Source: a virus
Lineage: Duplodnaviria; Caudoviricetes
Virus record (IMG/VR): IMGVR_UViG_3300034374_009468
Location: 1 to 59,960 of that record
DNA length: 59,960 nt
Strand: one strand, 5' to 3'
A program made the translations under genes and the position numbers. Position 1 is the stretch's first letter, and the number at the start of each line of letters is the position of its first letter. Below the pieces are notes generated by a model. It saw only the letters and a program-made list of their open reading frames with translations, searched no databases and was not told the DNA's origin. Of the stretch, positions 8,838 to 17,981 are shown piece after piece.

Positions 8838-9985
8838 TTCAAGAATTATTATCTAAAACAGTTAAAAACTTGATATTTAAAGAACCTTTTTATGGTCTTT
8901 TCTTATCAGGTTTAAATAAGGTATATGATGAAAATATACCTACTGCAGGTGTTAGTAAAAACAATATTAATGCTCAGCTAACTATTAATCCTAAGTTCTT
9001 TTCTTCCTTATCTAAAGAACATAAATATGGATTGATTAAACACGAACTGCTACATATAGCATTTGGTCATCTCTTAGTAAGAGAAAGCTATGATGATCAT
9101 AAATTATTTAATATTGCTGCTGATTTAGAAATAAATCAATATATAGATTTTGAAAATCTACCAGAAGGTGGTTTGTTATTAAGTACTTTTCCTAATCTGA
9201 ATTTACCAGTTAAAGCAGGTACAAAGACTTATTATAAATTGCTCAAACAAGCTCAAGAACAAGAAGATGAAAATTTGTTAGATTTATTAGAAAAAATGGA
9301 TGGATCTACTCAATATGATCATTCTACTTGGGAAGAATTTGAAAATTTAAATGAATCTGAAAAAAAGCTCATTCAAAAGCAAATAGAACATCAAATAAAA
9401 GAGGCAGCAATAGAAGCCAAAAAAAGTTGTGGTTCTATACCAGGAGAAATAGAGCATATATTTGAAAAAATTAATAAATTAGAACCTGAAAAATTTAATT
9501 GGAAAGGTTATCTAAGAAGATTTGTTGGTAAGTCTAATATCTCTTATACTAAAAAGCTAAGGAGAAAGTATAATAAAAGATATACAGGCAATCCTGGTCT
9601 TAAAATTAAATTTAAAAGTCACATTCTTGTTGCTATAGACACATCTGCTTCTGTTAATGATGATGATTTAAAAGAATTTATAAATGAAATACATCACATT
9701 TATAAAACAGGTAATAAAGTAACAATTATACAATGTGACACGCAAATAAATGATATTTCTGTATTTAATCCTAAAAACAATATCAGTATAAAAGGAAGAG
9801 GTGGAACAGAATTCCAACCTGTTATTGATCATTATAACGCAAGTAAAATTTATACTTGTCTTATTTATTTAACTGATGGTGAAGCTTATGCACCAACAAA
9901 TTGTCCTCATAATACATTATGGGTACACAGTACACAATCTAATATTAATGAATCATTACCTGGTTTTAAAATTAAATTAAATTAA
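8834..9985 (+). CDS. metallopeptidase-like + VWA-like protein (DUF2201 type)
   Basis: HELLH (HExxH), NIAADLEIN, MIDAS-like DTSAS, GRGGT, LTDG. Confidence 0.88.
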   Translation: MIQELLSKTVKNLIFKEPFYGLFLSGLNKVYDENIPTAGVSKNNINAQLTINPKFFSSLSKEHKYGLIKHELLHIAFGHLLVRESYDDHKLFNIAADLEINQYIDFENLPEGGLLLSTFPNLNLPVKAGTKTYYKLLKQAQEQEDENLLDLLEKMDGSTQYDHSTWEEFENLNESEKKLIQKQIEHQIKEAAIEAKKSCGSIPGEIEHIFEKINKLEPEKFNWKGYLRRFVGKSNISYTKKLRRKYNKRYTGNPGLKIKFKSHILVAIDTSASVNDDDLKEFINEIHHIYKTGNKVTIIQCDTQINDISVFNPKNNISIKGRGGTEFQPVIDHYNASKIYTCLIYLTDGEAYAPTNCPHNTLWVHSTQSNINESLPGFKIKLN

Positions 9986-9986
9986 A

Positions 9987-11556
9987 ATGACACAAGTAAA
10001 ATTAAACATCCAAGAGTTAGAGAGCTTTGTAGACCACATCATTACTAACAACAGATTTATCCAAAATCAAGGTAAAACACCTGTAGCTATTGAAGTTATA
10101 GGTGAAGCTGGTATTGGTAAAACATCAGCTATTAAATCTATTGCTGAAAAGCATGAGTTAGATTTTGTAAAACTTAACTTAGCACAAATTGAGGAGTTAG
10201 GTGATTTAATTGGTTTCCCAGTTAGACAGTTTCAAATGTATAAAGAACAACCAATTGATAAAAACCTAAATTTTAATAATGCTACATCTAAAGTTACTAA
10301 GAAAATAGGTCAATGGGTTGATGAATTAGCAGTAAATGAATATTTGAAACAAGGTTGGAAAATGACCAATAAAAATAGAATGTCTTACTGTCCTCCAGAA
10401 TGGATTTCTGGTAAAAAAGCAGGTGGTATTCTATTACTTGATGACTGGACACGGGCGGATAAATAAAAAATTCAATCAAAAACATTCATAGAGCTGCAAG
10501 TAAAAACAGAACTGCTGGTGGTTTTAAATGGAAGTTTGAATAAACGTTATGTCCCCCGAAAATCCTGTGAACTCAGGGAAACTCCAGAGATGGACAATCC
10601 TGAGCCAAGCTGTATAGAAATATACAGAAGGTGCAACGACTAGATATAGTAATCTTAACAAGTGGTGTTGAAGATAAAATATCCACGAGTGCAGGACAAC
10701 AACTTATGTTTACCAAAACTTAAAGGTTGTTGATGATATAGTCTGAACTACAGATATAATCTAAATGAAACTGTAGAACTAAGAGATAAAGAACTCTTAG
10801 GATAACACAATGGTACGTTTTATTCAAGCTGTAATGGAATTAATTGACAGACAAACTTATATCTCTTGGTCATTACCTTCTGATTGGCATATAATCTTAA
10901 CTTCAAATCCTGACAATGGTGATTATTTAGTAAACACTATTGATACAGCACAAAAAACAAGATTTGTATCTGTTGATTTAAAATATGATGTTCAAGTATG
11001 GGCTAAGTGGGCTGAAGAAACAGGTATTGATTCACGTTGTATCAACTTCTTATTACTGAATTCAGAACTTGTAAATAAAGATACTAATGCAAGAGCTATT
11101 ACTACATTTTTCAATTGTATTTCAAGCTTTAGTTCTTTTGAAAACAATTTACCTATCATTCAAATGATTGGTGAAGGTTCTGTAGGTAGTGAATTTGCAA
11201 GTATGTTTACTATGTTTATCAACAACAAACTTGATAAATTAATCAGTCCTGAAGATATTATTACAAGCTCTGATGATGATAAAATTTATAAGAGTTTAAA
11301 AGATGTAATAGGAAGTGATGAGTCTTATCGTGCAGACATAGCATCAACTTTAGCTACACGTGTTGCGAACTTTGCTTTAGTATATGCTAAAACAAATACT
11401 GTAAGTGTTAAGATCATTAACAGATTAAAAATGTTAGCTTCAAAAGATATTTTCACTAATGACTTAAAGTATCTAATTATAAGAACATTGAATGGTGAAA
11501 AGAAATATAAAAAGCTATTAATGGACAAAAACATTATTAACACTGTAATTTCATAG
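9987..11556 (+). CDS. MoxR-like AAA+ ATPase, spliced: exon 1 9987-10460, exon 2 10813-11556 (405 aa)
   Basis: Walker A GEAGIGKT; Walker B ILLLDD; joining exons gives DDWTRAD-VRFIQAVMELI in frame; sensor TSNP and Arg finger AQKTRF in exon 2. Confidence 0.88.
10461..10812 (+). mobile_element. group I self-splicing intron (352 nt)
   Basis: Exon 1 ends in U10460, intron ends in G10812; IGS GTCCCCCG (10551-10558) pairs with exon 1 CGGG(C)GGAT with U-G at the splice site; P10 AAACGT(T)AT pairs with exon 2 GTACGTTT; P3 TCCTGT/GCAGGA; P4 CTCAGG/CCTGAG; P7 GACTA (10638-10642)/TAGTC (10739-10743); P9-region hairpins CTACAG/CTGTAG and CTAAGAG/CTCTTAG. Confidence 0.92.
10463..10543 (+). pseudogene. remnant C-terminus of a homing endonuclease (NUMOD1/IENR1-like) in intron loop L1
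   Basis: Reads IKNSIKNIHRAASKNRTAGGFKWKFE*, no start codon; TAGGFxW is the typical end of NUMOD1 DNA-binding modules. Confidence 0.75.
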
Positions 11557-11558
11557 AA

Positions 11559-12575
11559 ATGAGTAAAAAATCAGTATATCAAGATATAAATCCTGATGCA
11601 TTAAAACATTTTAATTTAGACAAAGAGCCTGTTTACGGGCTCTTTGCTTATAATAAAATCAATGATACAGTTGTTGTATCTGATGAACAACTATATTTTG
11701 ATTTTAAAAATAAATTTTTAGAAAATACAGAATCTATAAATATTAAAAATCACAAAAAGGTATTTGTATTACCTAATTGTCCAATAGGATTAGAAAGAAT
11801 CAAAGAAGTTTGCAGAGAAAAAAATTTAATTCTTACAAACAATTATGAAGAATCTGATTTGATCATTACACATTCTAATTTTCGTGATGAAATTTTTTAT
11901 AAAGGCTATGGTGATATTCAAAAGATTAATAGTAAGATAATGATATATCATATTAAAAATCATATAGCTTTTGATAATACTAATGGTAATGTACCTGAAG
12001 TAGATATGTATGATAAACCTGTTATCTACACTCCATCTTCTTTTAATGATAAACCTACATATTTATTTGAAGACTGTATCTCTTTATTTTATGACAGCTT
12101 TATAATTAGTCCTTTAGCTATAAACTTAGCTTATCATATAGAAACTAATGCTGTACCTGTTATAACTATTGATAATTTAATATTCTCACAAGCAGAAACA
12201 ATAGTTCTTACTGAAGAATTACTTGATGATATAACTGCTATGATGAGAAACGATAAAGAGATGGCTATTCAAATAATCATAACAATTGATTTTAAACAAG
12301 AAATACATTTGTTATGGAAATTAGCTCATGTGATAGGTAGATACTGGATGCCAAGAAATAAAGATTATAAGTATTGGGAACAAAAATCTAATATATCAGA
12401 GCTTCAACAAAAAGATCCTGAAGAAATGATCTTTTATCTTAAAGAAAGAGGTTTATTGAACAAGAAAAACTTTAAGTTTTTTGAAAGCATGTGTCGTGAT
12501 AAAATTGAAATTTATCATAGAGCTTTATATAATTTCAAAGTATTTATTAAAGAAGAATTTAAAGATTATATATGA
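11559..12575 (+). CDS. hypothetical protein, BRCT-like segment plus local paralog motif
   Basis: 338-aa ORF; KKVFVLPNC...DLIIT segment; DITAMM..DKEMA motif. Confidence 0.75.
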   Translation: MSKKSVYQDINPDALKHFNLDKEPVYGLFAYNKINDTVVVSDEQLYFDFKNKFLENTESINIKNHKKVFVLPNCPIGLERIKEVCREKNLILTNNYEESDLIITHSNFRDEIFYKGYGDIQKINSKIMIYHIKNHIAFDNTNGNVPEVDMYDKPVIYTPSSFNDKPTYLFEDCISLFYDSFIISPLAINLAYHIETNAVPVITIDNLIFSQAETIVLTEELLDDITAMMRNDKEMAIQIIITIDFKQEIHLLWKLAHVIGRYWMPRNKDYKYWEQKSNISELQQKDPEEMIFYLKERGLLNKKNFKFFESMCRDKIEIYHRALYNFKVFIKEEFKDYI

Positions 12576-13591
12576 AATATTTTATAGAGATTAGTAGAAA
12601 CAGTGATGGCGATGTTTTATTACCTTATGAAAAAGCAGGTATTATATATGAATACGAAGATAATAATTATAAAACATTGACTAAATCTGATTTACAAGGT
12701 GTTAAACTTAAAACATTAAAAAACTGCAACCTCCCTTTAGAAATAAGGGAGGTTTTAAAAGAAAATATAAACTGTAAGTTTGTAAGAAAAGATCCTGATT
12801 ATTATGTGTATTCAAAAGAATCTTTCAATAAAATATTTTATATAGAAAGACTTGTGCATATTGATGATTTCTTAAGAGCAATGAAAGCTGATTTAGGAAG
12901 ATTACCATACTGGAATCTTGTAGATGCAGAATTAAAAGAAATGAAAAAGAACCATTCAGACTGCTACGTTTTAATGGATCGTTTTCATTTTATACATAAA
13001 AACTCAGGTTTTATAGTTTTAAATAATGTAAGAGGTTCTTATACAAGACATAATATTGTATACAATAAAAACTTAGAAACATTTAACAAAATAGTAAATT
13101 GTAAATCAGTTTTAAATACAAATTTAATAGAATTAATTGCAGATGAAGGTGAAGTAATAGATAAAGATAGTTACTTAAATCTGTCAAAAATGTTTAATAG
13201 TCAAAGTAGAAAGGATATAGATTTAGCTGTAAACTCAATTTTATTCAGTAGTTGGGAGAAATCTTATGCTTATATAACTTTACTAATATCATTTAATGAT
13301 AATTTTGACACCAATAAATTGACAGGTACTTCTTTGGGAACTGCTTTTCTTGATTATTTTTCTGATGTAGTACATCTTAATTATAATATAACAAGAATAG
13401 GATCTTTGTATTTCAGAACAGAAGAGATAATCAAAATCTTTAAAAATAAAAAACTATTAGATGATGATATAAAAGATCTAATTAGTATGAAAATAAACAG
13501 CTTTATTAGAACCAAAGTATTAGATCATTTTCAAAATGTAAGTAATTTTGAAATTGTAGAGGGTGATATTATTAAACTTAAAATAGATTAA
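12572..13591 (+). CDS. hypothetical protein, probable paralog of 11559 ORF
   Basis: 339-aa ORF, ATGA-coupled; NLSKMF...KDIDLA motif. Confidence 0.75.
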   Translation: MKYFIEISRNSDGDVLLPYEKAGIIYEYEDNNYKTLTKSDLQGVKLKTLKNCNLPLEIREVLKENINCKFVRKDPDYYVYSKESFNKIFYIERLVHIDDFLRAMKADLGRLPYWNLVDAELKEMKKNHSDCYVLMDRFHFIHKNSGFIVLNNVRGSYTRHNIVYNKNLETFNKIVNCKSVLNTNLIELIADEGEVIDKDSYLNLSKMFNSQSRKDIDLAVNSILFSSWEKSYAYITLLISFNDNFDTNKLTGTSLGTAFLDYFSDVVHLNYNITRIGSLYFRTEEIIKIFKNKKLLDDDIKDLISMKINSFIRTKVLDHFQNVSNFEIVEGDIIKLKID

Positions 13592-13594
13592 ATT

Positions 13595-14575
13595 ATGACA
13601 GAACAGGAAAAAGTATTTTACAATGAAGAATTTAATTTCAGTTATTCTTCTTTAAAAAAATTGTTGTTTGCACCATCAGTATTCTATAAAGAATATGTAT
13701 TAAAAGAGAAAGAATCTAAAACTTCTAAAAACTTATTAGAAGGTAGTCTTTTACATTGTTTATTATTTGAACCTAATAAGTTCAATGAAAAATTTAAAAT
13801 AAGCTTAGATAAATATCCATCTAAAGATGTAATGAATGTACTAAACATAGTTAAAAGTCTTTCAGATGCAACTAACATTTATGATTGTGATGACTTGCTT
13901 ATATTAAGTACATTAAAAGATAATGACTTATATCAGAGCTATAAAAAAGATGAGTTAAGACTCAGTAAAATTAAAACAGAGGCTAATAATTTATATTGGC
14001 AATACATCAATAATCCTGTTATAGATGTTGTAACTCAAGAAATGGTTGATAAAGCTTTAGAAAGAGTAGAGATACTTAAATCTAATAAAGAAGTTAACAA
14101 GCTACTTTCATTTGAGGATACTCCAGACTTTCCTTTTGATCCTATAGAAGTTTATGTTGAACAAGAATATAAAACTAAACTCACTAATAAAAAATTCGGG
14201 TTAAAAGGTTTTGTTGATTATTGTGTAATTGATAACAAGAATAAAGTTATCACTATAGCTGATTTAAAAACAACTGGTAAATCTATTAGTGATTTTAAAG
14301 AAACTGTTGACTATTATGATTACTGGTTACAAGCAGCTATGTATAAAAAATTAGTTAGTGATAATGTATATGGTGCTGGTGATAAATACAAAGTTGTTTT
14401 TAAATTTATTGTCATAGACAATATGGACCAAGTATATGTTTTTGAAGTAACTGAAGAGACAATGACATATTGGGAAGAAAAAATGACTGATGTTTTAGAA
14501 AAAGCAAATTATCATTATGAAAATAATGATTATTCCTTACCTTTCGAATTTATAACTGGTCATGTTAAAATATGA
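13595..14575 (+). CDS. PD-(D/E)XK exonuclease (RecB/exonuclease VIII-like)
   Basis: SYSSLK, GSLLH, E..., KGFVD, ADLKTT, YWLQAAMY. Confidence 0.88.
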   Translation: MTEQEKVFYNEEFNFSYSSLKKLLFAPSVFYKEYVLKEKESKTSKNLLEGSLLHCLLFEPNKFNEKFKISLDKYPSKDVMNVLNIVKSLSDATNIYDCDDLLILSTLKDNDLYQSYKKDELRLSKIKTEANNLYWQYINNPVIDVVTQEMVDKALERVEILKSNKEVNKLLSFEDTPDFPFDPIEVYVEQEYKTKLTNKKFGLKGFVDYCVIDNKNKVITIADLKTTGKSISDFKETVDYYDYWLQAAMYKKLVSDNVYGAGDKYKVVFKFIVIDNMDQVYVFEVTEETMTYWEEKMTDVLEKANYHYENNDYSLPFEFITGHVKI

Positions 14576-15084
14576 ATGTATATACTCAATACTTTCAAAA
14601 AAGTAAAGTTTTTTTGTATCCCTTACTTAATTTAAGTAATAGTATAACATATACTCCTGTTGAAACTTATATGTATAGTGAGGATTATCAGCTTACAGAT
14701 TGTAAATTGTTATGTTTATATGAAGTAAAAGATGACAAACAGTTTAAACAATTTGAAATAGATTATTTATTATCAAATGAATGCTTTCATGATGTGAAAT
14801 ATTTAGATGATAAAATACTATATGTCTTTGATCTTTTATCTAAGAAAAAAGATTATGATTTTATAGTAAACGGTCAATATTCTAAAATTTCTACACATTC
14901 AAAAAAGCTTATATTGAATTATTTCAGAAAGAATTCTGTATTATTAAAATATTTAAAATCATTTTTACATCCAGCTAAATTTCACAAGGATTATTCTAAA
15001 GCTTTAGATGTACCTTTGGAATATATTAAAGATGTATATGAGATTTTAAGCAAACCAGATTTAAATAAAGAGAGATATGCATAA
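14572..15084 (+). CDS. hypothetical protein
   Basis: ATGA-coupled ORF. Confidence 0.75.
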   Translation: MNVYTQYFQKSKVFLYPLLNLSNSITYTPVETYMYSEDYQLTDCKLLCLYEVKDDKQFKQFEIDYLLSNECFHDVKYLDDKILYVFDLLSKKKDYDFIVNGQYSKISTHSKKLILNYFRKNSVLLKYLKSFLHPAKFHKDYSKALDVPLEYIKDVYEILSKPDLNKERYA

Positions 15085-15229
15085 AAAGTTTGTATTTTTA
15101 GTATTAGAATTTATAAATAGTTATGATTTAGCATCTAACTTTTTGGATTTTTTAGATCATAAAAGATTTTCAAACGAAAAATTTGATGATATATTAGATG
15201 AATATCATAGGTTAAATAATAAATTTTAA
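15077..15229 (+). CDS. 50-aa hypothetical protein (below ORF-track cutoff)
   Basis: MHKKFVFLVLEFINSYDL...RLNNKF*; overlaps stop of previous gene by 8 nt and fills the gap. Confidence 0.5.
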   Translation: MHKKFVFLVLEFINSYDLASNFLDFLDHKRFSNEKFDDILDEYHRLNNKF

Positions 15230-15239
15230 AATTATTTGC

Positions 15240-15247
15240 TATCTTTG
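15240..15247 (+). promoter_or_regulatory. Bacteroidota-type -7 promoter element
   Basis: TATCTTTG matches TAnnTTTG, intergenic, 22 nt before ATG 15270. Confidence 0.6.
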
Positions 15248-15269
15248 TTTTATAACACAAAAATATAAT

Positions 15270-15689
15270 ATGGAAGGAACAGATTTTAAGAACATGTTGA
15301 TTATATCAACACCTTTTAGAAACATACCATCATTTTCTTTAATACCTACGAGCTTAAATTGCCCGTATGTTGAAGCATTATATGATCCAAGCTCTTCTAT
15401 ACTTGCTATAATAAGCAAAGTTCAAAAGAAAGCATTTCATATGATTCCAAGATTAGATGAAGATGGTCAACCTAAAAGATTAAAAGTTCCAAACAAACAG
15501 ACAGGGAAGACTGTTAAAGAGCAGAGGGTGAGTGTAGAAACTTTTTCTGAATTTTACATTACAGATAAAGATGAAATTAAGAATTTCATAAATCTGTTTG
15601 CTATTAATTCTGATACTTATGATATAGATAAGTATTTGGAAGTTGATGTAAAAGAAACTAAAGTTTCCCCTCTTATTCTCTCTACATAG
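15270..15689 (+). CDS. hypothetical protein
   Basis: ORF with own promoter-like element and terminator. Confidence 0.8.
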   Translation: MEGTDFKNMLIISTPFRNIPSFSLIPTSLNCPYVEALYDPSSSILAIISKVQKKAFHMIPRLDEDGQPKRLKVPNKQTGKTVKEQRVSVETFSEFYITDKDEIKNFINLFAINSDTYDIDKYLEVDVKETKVSPLILST

Positions 15690-15710
15690 ATGGTGTTCAT
15701 TGTATTTAAT

Positions 15711-15737
15711 AGGGTATGTGAAAGCATACCCTTTTTT
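15711..15737 (+). terminator. intrinsic terminator
   Basis: AGGGTATGT-GAAA-GCATACCCT followed by T run. Confidence 0.85.
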
Positions 15738-15758
15738 GTTTAATTAAACTGATATAAT

Positions 15759-17744
15759 ATGACTGACCATTGGATAATGGATTATGAAACTTTAGTAAAT
15801 TGTTTTGTAGGTGTATTTACCCATAACAAAAAAGATGAAACTAAAATCTTTGTAGTACATGATAATAGAAACGACTTAAAAGAATTTTTAAAATTCTTAA
15901 ACAAAAATTACAAAAACAAAGAGAGACATATATCTTTCAATGGTTTAGAGTTTGATAGTCAGGTAACACAATATATAATAAACAACTATAAAAGATTGTT
16001 AAAACTTTCTGGTTGTGAAGCAGCTAATGATATTTTTAAATATGCTATGAGCTGTATAAATAACAGCAGACAAGGTAATTTTCCAGAATACTCTGAATGG
16101 AAAATGAACATCAAACAAATTGATTTATATAAACTAAATCATTGGGATAATCCAGCAAAAAAATCAAGTTTAAAATGGATACAGTATAGTTTAGATTTAG
16201 ATAATATTTTAGAAATGCCTATTCATCATGAAACATCTGTTGAGACAGATGAACAAATAGATATTATTGTAAACTATTGTGTTAATGATGTAAGCTCTAC
16301 TAAAGAAATCTATAACATATGTAAACCAGAGATACAACTAAGACATAAGTTGTCTAAAATGTATGGTCTTAATTTGTATTCAGCTTCTGAGGCAAGAATT
16401 GCTAAAGAAATATTCAGGTATTATCTTGAAAAAGAAATGAATACTAATATAAAGAATTTAAAGACTTATAGAGATAGAATTGTAATATCTAATTTAATAC
16501 TTGATTATATTGAATTTTCTTCTCCTCAGTTCAAAAATTTATTGAAAGTTTTTAAAGAACTTTCTTTAGATGCTTATAACTTAAAAGGTAGTTTTGCACA
16601 TGAAGTTACTTATAAGAATGTAGAGACTCATTTTGGTTTAGGTGGTGTTCATGGTGCAAGAAAGAAAGGGGTGTATGAATCCAATGATGAATTTATTATA
16701 ATATCTTCTGATGTTACATCTTTTTATCCTAATTTGACAATTAGAAATAAGTGGTCTCCAGATCATTTTCCTAATGAAGTATTCTGTAGATTGTATGAAT
16801 TCTTCTTTAATGAAAGAAAGAAAATACCTAAATCTAATCCTTTAAATTATGTATATAAAATTATATTGAATACTGTTTATGGTTTAAGCAATGATGAAAA
16901 CAGTTTTTTCTATGACCCAGAACTAACAATGAAAATTACAGTTAATGGTCAATTATCACTAATGATGCTATATGAAAGTATAATGGAAAACATTCCTGAT
17001 GCTGTATCTTTAATGCAAAATACTGATGGTATAGAAATAATGATACCGAGAATATACTATGATAAGTATATGCAAATATGTGAAAATTGGGAAAAAACTA
17101 CTAAGTTAAACCTTGAGCATGATACATATCAAAAGTTAATTATTGCTGATGTCAATAATTATATAGGTGTATTTGAATATAAAGAATATGATATACAGAC
17201 TTGGGCTAAAATTAAAAAGGAAACTCCTCACTACTTATTTAAAACTGAAAACAATAAATATTATTGTGCTAAAGTAAAAATAAAAGGTAGGTTTAACTTT
17301 CATGATTTACCTCTTCATAAGAATAAGTCGCGAGCTGTTGTAAAAAAAGGTATTTATTATTATTTCATACATAATGTAATGCCTGAAGAATATCTTAAAA
17401 GTAATGAAGATATATTTGACTATTGTATAGGCTCTAAAATAAAAGGTAATTGGACACAGAAAAGTAGTTTTATAAAAGATGGACAACATATAATTGAAGA
17501 TCTTCAGAAAATAAATAGATATTATATATCTAATACGGGTGTTAAAATATATAAAAAGAATAATGATGATAAGAGAGTAATTCAAAATGAAGCTGGTAAA
17601 TGGTATCAAACCATCTTCAACAAATCAGAGTTTAAAAAGAAGTTTATTGACTATAATATTAATTATAGTTATTATAAAAATGCAATAGAATCAGAAATAA
17701 ACAAGATTCTAGATGAACATTTCAAACAATTAAAACTTTTTTAA
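15759..17744 (+). CDS. DNA polymerase, family B
   Basis: Exo motifs DYE, FNG..FD, YCxND; polymerase motifs DVTSFYPN, YKIILN.VYG, NTDG. Confidence 0.93.
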   Translation: MTDHWIMDYETLVNCFVGVFTHNKKDETKIFVVHDNRNDLKEFLKFLNKNYKNKERHISFNGLEFDSQVTQYIINNYKRLLKLSGCEAANDIFKYAMSCINNSRQGNFPEYSEWKMNIKQIDLYKLNHWDNPAKKSSLKWIQYSLDLDNILEMPIHHETSVETDEQIDIIVNYCVNDVSSTKEIYNICKPEIQLRHKLSKMYGLNLYSASEARIAKEIFRYYLEKEMNTNIKNLKTYRDRIVISNLILDYIEFSSPQFKNLLKVFKELSLDAYNLKGSFAHEVTYKNVETHFGLGGVHGARKKGVYESNDEFIIISSDVTSFYPNLTIRNKWSPDHFPNEVFCRLYEFFFNERKKIPKSNPLNYVYKIILNTVYGLSNDENSFFYDPELTMKITVNGQLSLMMLYESIMENIPDAVSLMQNTDGIEIMIPRIYYDKYMQICENWEKTTKLNLEHDTYQKLIIADVNNYIGVFEYKEYDIQTWAKIKKETPHYLFKTENNKYYCAKVKIKGRFNFHDLPLHKNKSRAVVKKGIYYYFIHNVMPEEYLKSNEDIFDYCIGSKIKGNWTQKSSFIKDGQHIIEDLQKINRYYISNTGVKIYKKNNDDKRVIQNEAGKWYQTIFNKSEFKKKFIDYNINYSYYKNAIESEINKILDEHFKQLKLF

Positions 17745-17745
17745 A

Positions 17746-17928
17746 ATGAGTAGAAAAGATTATAATTTATGTGCGGAAACAATAGCTAAGTCTAATTTAC
17801 CTATGGAATTAAAATTACAGATAGCTGAAGACTTTGCTTATAGTTTTCAAAGAAATTATCAGAATTTTAATGTTGATAGATTTATGGAATTTGTAGAAAA
17901 AAATGGTAAAAACGATTTAAGTTTATAA
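17746..17928 (+). CDS. small hypothetical phage protein
   Basis: MSRKDY...NF..DRF pattern; starts 1 nt after polymerase stop. Confidence 0.65.
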   Translation: MSRKDYNLCAETIAKSNLPMELKLQIAEDFAYSFQRNYQNFNVDRFMEFVEKNGKNDLSL

Positions 17929-17949
17929 ACTAAATTTAAAAAGTTTTAT

Positions 17950-17957
17950 TATATTTG
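17950..17957 (+). promoter_or_regulatory. Bacteroidota-type -7 promoter element
   Basis: TATATTTG, 24 nt before ATG 17982. Confidence 0.55.
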
Positions 17958-17981
17958 TTTAAAGAAAAAAAATTTAATACA

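Noticed and set aside
10461-10812. Stop-codon readthrough, frameshift, intein or two separate genes as the explanation of the split ATPase
   Set aside because: The halves are in different frames with stops between them, and the spacer folds into a full group I core with matching P1/P10.
10810-10812. ATG start of the 248-aa ORF
   Set aside because: It is the last three intron bases (terminal G); the ORF starts mid-domain.
13595-14575. Cas4 or CRISPR-linked nuclease
   Set aside because: No four-Cys Fe-S cluster pattern and no array or cas genes; fits a phage recombination exonuclease.
17955-17981. TTG start given by the ORF track
   Set aside because: Overlaps the promoter-like TATATTTG; ATG 17982 with an A-rich leader is more plausible.
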